Below, in pieces: positions 60,076-64,000 of a stretch of DNA of 64,000 nucleotides. Numbering within the stretch: position 1 is the first letter of the stretch; each line of letters opens with the position of its first letter. The DNA is taken from NCBI RefSeq assembly GCF_963506605.1, contig NC_083291.1, forward strand, positions 33,294,001 to 33,358,000. The letters are read 5' to 3'. The notes under the pieces are model-generated. The model saw only the letters and a program-made list of their open reading frames with translations, was not told the DNA's origin and made no database searches. This stretch comes from Zootoca vivipara. Lineage: Eukaryota. Both the position numbers and the translations under genes were made by a program.

Positions 60076-60251
60076 ACAGGAGCCAGGCAGAGTGGTGAAC
60101 AAATGATACCGTAGTAAGAGATTGGAAGACAGAGCTGTGTTCCATGTAGCCCACCCTGTTCCCCCAAGCTAACCTGTCCAATTGGTGTCTGTATGTGGAA
60201 AGAGGGGAGGGTACCATCTTTCTCTTGGCCTTAGGCAGCAAAACACCTTGG

Positions 60252-60427
60252 CAGGGCCGTCTTAAGCATAGCTGGCGCCCTGGCACCGTGGCGCAAACTA
60301 TCCCTCCGGCGCGCCCCCTCCCGTTTCCGAGCGCAGCTGCCGCGCGGGCAGAGCAGCCCGGCGCCCCCCTGGCAGCCCGGCGCCCTGGCGCCTTGCGCCA
60401 CCCAGCCTTGCCTTAGGGCCGGCCCTG
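60252..60427. mobile_element. GC/CpG-rich hAT-type MITE
   Basis: Ends CAGGGCCGTCTTAAG / TTAGGGCCGGCCCTG; perfect TSD caccttgg (60244-60251 / 60428-60435). Confidence 0.9.
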
Positions 60428-60734
60428 CACCTTGGGCTACTTCAAACCACAACTGCCTGTGATGCTTTTTTCTTATTTGCAGTATACTCTGTTTCAGTGC
60501 AATCTTTTTTTCGCAAAAAGCAGCTGGGCGAGGCTACAGAGCCCGGGGTGGGTGGGTTCAACAAACAAAGCCATTTAATTATTTTTCTCTCTCTTCTGGT
60601 GTCCTATTTCCAGTTCCTGGCAGTGACCAGCCAGGTGCAAGAAGGGTGTCAAGCCCTCCTCTGTTGTTTGTTCCCAGCACCAAGTACTGTATTAAGAGGC
60701 ACACTACCCTTGAATATGGAGGCTCCATCACACC

Positions 60735-61095
60735 TGTAGATAACTTCCCATGACTTTATCCCCCTAAACTAATCACAGTACTTTGTGGCAGCAAATCCAA
60801 TAAAAGATGGTTGTGTGAAGATATGCAGAAGAGGAGCCCTGTGCGTCAGACCAAAGGAGTATCTGTTTCAGCATTTTGTCCTCACAGTGGTTTGGTTTGT
60901 CCTGAATCTACTACCAATCAATTTCACTGGGTGATCCTGAATGCTAGTATTAGAGACAGGGAGAGAGAACCCTCTTTCCACATCAATCATAATGGTGCAA
61001 GCTCTGTCAAGTCTTTTCCATAAACCTATGCAGCCGTCCCTTATATAAACTAAATGCCATTTAGCCTTTCCTCCTAGAAAAGGAACTTCAGCTGC
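60735..61095 (-). mobile_element. Old CR1 fragment (boundaries approximate)
   Basis: Minus strand QDHPVKLIGSRFRTNQ resembles the CR1 C-terminal GHPMKL.G.RFRTD motif. Confidence 0.55.
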
Positions 61096-61708
61096 TTGAC
61101 CTCTGGATGTTTTTTTCCTGTACATGATAATTTGAGTTATAATTTGGCATTTACAGCTACTTATTGAGATTTATAAGTTATGCCATCTTTAATCCTCCCC
61201 CTGAAGTGTTTTGCAGATACTGTATCATGCTAAATTTTCAGTCAGGACTCTGTATGATATCCAATACCAGACACAAGTCTAAGTATTCCAAGTCTCACAC
61301 TAGCATTACTACAATTAAATCTGAAGATAGGCACACCAGATAGAGGAAGGGGGAAGCATTTAATAACATTTGAACCAGGCAAGCTATTGAGAAATCCAAA
61401 ACCATGATGCAATTCCTGGAATTTGCTGGAGCTGCCTGTGTAGGCTGTGCTCATGGGCATCCCATAGTTCATTTTTAATTGCATGTTGGCATTTCTGGAC
61501 CAGGAGTTCTTCTATATAAATTTTGTAATTAAAAATTGCAATCAGGTAGCTGGGCATTGAGCCAAATCAAACTTCACAAAGATCATTTGTTTCCTTGGAA
61601 AGAAAACGTGTGGGTTTGAACAAAAAATTGTGAGCTGAAATCTATTTTTATGTGACTGATCTGAAGTGATATGCAACAGATTCTGACTGTGTGATCAGTC
61701 CAGAGTGT

Positions 61709-61883
61709 NNNNNNNNNNNNNNNNNNNNNNNNNNNNNNNNNNNNNNNNNNNNNNNNNNNNNNNNNNNNNNNNNNNNNNNNNNNNNNNNNNNNNNNNNNNN
61801 NNNNNNNNNNNNNNNNNNNNNNNNNNNNNNNNNNNNNNNNNNNNNNNNNNNNNNNNNNNNNNNNNNNNNNNNNNNNNNNNNNN
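61709..61883. other. Assembly gap (175 N)
   Basis: N run. Confidence 1.
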
Positions 61884-62299
61884 GCACTGCTCAAAGTTTA
61901 TTACGGCTATAAGCCCATATAGATTGAATGGGCAGCCAGACTATTTTTCCCACCTTTGGGGAAGATTCAGAACTGGAAACCAGTGTCAAAGGAGACATTC
62001 TTTATCTAAATGCTGGTGGCTGTCTCTAGCTCCCAGCAGGTATGCCAATAGACAAGAGTGTGAGTTGCAGGGTTTTTTCCTTTGCTTGAACAAAAGGCTA
62101 TCATTGCAGGCTACTCGAGCTACTTGAATTTCAAGAATGGAATCCTGTGGCATGCACTACTTGACTGCCCATTGGGAACTCTTCAGAGACCCCACTTCCG
62201 CTAGTAGCCTGATAAGCAATCAGACAGAAGCAGTCTTTCCAGGGCTGTGTCTGACCTGTTCCAGGAAGAGGAGTCTCACTGGGTTTCTATCATGTTGCA

Positions 62300-62419
62300 C
62301 AGCCTTCTCCAACCTGATATCTTACAACTCCCATCATCTCTGATCATTGGCCAAGGCTGGCTGGGGTGATGAGAATTGGAGTCCAACAACATCTGGAAGA
62401 CGCCAGGTTTGGAAAGCTG
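62300..62419. mobile_element. Degenerate hairpin MITE related to the 3653 family
   Basis: tacaactcccatcat...gagtccaacaacatctgga; ends cagccttctccaacct / aggtttggaaagctg. Confidence 0.65.
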
Positions 62420-62943
62420 GGTGAACTCCCTCAGCAGGGACAGGAAGGAGTTCTCTCTTCTGCCCTCATATTCTGGACTTTGTCCCGCTTCCAGGGAGCA
62501 TGGGGGACATCTCAATAAATGCCACAATAAAGACATTTGCTGAGATCAGAGTGGGCTTGATTAACTTTCCCTTTGATGACTTGGTTTGTGGCATTCCTTC
62601 CTACCCACGTTTCAACTGTACACCATATCTGGGACTGGGAAGAAAATTTCTTACAAGCCATATTTTCTTGTGACACCAAGTCCCCCTCCAATCTCCCCTG
62701 TAGTGTGTGTGACTGGGCTTACTTCAAGAGGACAACTCAAGTGCTGACAAGTGAATTGCTCTCCATTCATGATGCTGTGGAATGGACTGCATTGTCTCAG
62801 GGAATGATAGCTGGGGGGGGCACCTGGGGTAGGTGGGTTGGGCTTAGGTGGCGTTTTAGGGAGGGGCTCACTGCCTCTGGTGGGCAGCTGATTTCAGCCT
62901 CAGTCATGAGGGTCTGTTTTGCTCCTGATATCTGTAAAATGGA

Positions 62944-63260
62944 TAGGTTTGGATCAGACCTCTCCATTCTGAAGGAAATCAGCCCTGAGTGCTCACTGGA
63001 AGGACAGATCCTGAAGCTGAGGCTCCAATACTTTGGCCACCTCATGAGAAGAGAAGACTCCCTGGAAAAGACCCTGATGTTGGGAAAGATTGAGGGCACA
63101 AGGAGAAGGGGACGACAGAGGACGAGATGGTGGACAGTGTTCTCGAAGCCACCAACATGAGTCTGACCAAACTGCGGGAGGCAGTGCAAGACAGGAGTGC
63201 CTGGCGTGCTCTGGTCCATGGGGTCACGAAGAGTCGGACACGACTAAACGACTAAACAAC
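62944..63260 (+). mobile_element. BovB LINE 3' fragment
   Basis: LSILKEISPECSLEGQILKLRLQYFGHLMRREDSLEKTLMLGKIEG; TSD atctgtaaaat (62930-62940 / 63261-63271). Confidence 0.93.
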
Positions 63261-63582
63261 ATCTGTAAAATAGAAAATGAGGTAAGGAAACTTTTAAAAG
63301 AGAGAAGGCAAAATGGAGCAGATTCTGGCTATGAAGAATATGCATGAGGCATAAGAATGTGGCCCATTTATTTGTTTCCACAAATATTTGGGCACTTGAT
63401 CTTAAACATTTGCCCTGTAATATTTGCTCAGAGAGACATCCTGCTTCCAAGCACTTATTTGTTAGAATGGCAAGTCTTAAGATCATGCTTTAATGTCTAA
63501 ATGATGCAAGTTATGTCCCTAAATCTGCAATATGGTAAGACTTAAGAAATAACCTATTTAAATGAGAGAGGGGGAGGGGGGA

Positions 63583-63658
63583 GAGAGAGATTCCTTTAGC
63601 ACATTGGGAGACGGTAGCACATTGGGAGAGAGATTCCTTTAGCACATTGGGAGACGGT
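63583..63658. repeat. Complex local tandem duplication
   Basis: gagagattcctttagcacattgggagacggt occurs twice, separated by a partial copy agcacattggga. Confidence 0.85.
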
Positions 63659-64000
63659 TGTTATTCAGCAACCACAAAGATTAGAAGTTATTAAATATTT
63701 CTAAAGTTAACTATTATTTCACCAGGAATCTTATGATTTACAGTTCTGGAGAATTCCTGAAATGGAGAAAAGCAGGGTCTTAATCACAAAAACATTAGGA
63801 CATCAAAGAGTTGCTTGGAAATGCTTTTCTGGTCCAAAAAGAAGATGCTGAAATCTTTATTCCAGTCATGGCTTTTGGCTTTTGTTGGGGTCATACATTT
63901 CAATTTTGCACTGTAGCTATTTGTATCTCTCATAATCTAAAATCAATATGGCAAAAGAAAAAAAAGAAAAGGTACAGCCAGAGCAGAGGAAATTTAATTT

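Noticed and set aside
61583-62127. ORFs containing X runs
   Set aside because: Artefacts of the N gap.

Overview
Vertebrate, squamate-type genomic DNA. The Sauria/POM-type SINEs with (ACCTTT)n tails, BovB, CR1, L2 and L1 point to a lizard, probably a lacertid (inference). About 1-35.7 kb and 56-64 kb form a dense, heavily nested mosaic of transposable elements. The main coding feature is a young L1 retrotransposon on the minus strand (11224-16513) with uninterrupted ORF1 (333 aa) and ORF2 (1241 aa), a poly(A) tail and a perfect 17-bp target-site duplication (TSD). There are also many non-autonomous DNA transposons (hAT-type with 8-bp TSDs, one Tigger-like element with a TA TSD), a fold-back Penelope-like fragment, an RTE fragment fused to a 110-bp inverted duplication, six Sauria SINEs and two BovB fragments. 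About 47.3-52.5 kb is a large CpG island that probably marks a host-gene promoter. A candidate TATA-driven or alternative coding exon lies at about 55.4-55.7 kb. I could not identify the host gene. Nearly all other ORFs in the track are spurious. There is a 175-N assembly gap at 61709-61883. No CRISPR, rRNA or genuine tRNA genes are supported, and I found no wholly new system. The best leads are TE-mechanistic: a CpG-rich MITE family with shared ends but different interiors, an inverted duplication at an RTE 5' junction, and a composite MITE carrying an L2 tail.
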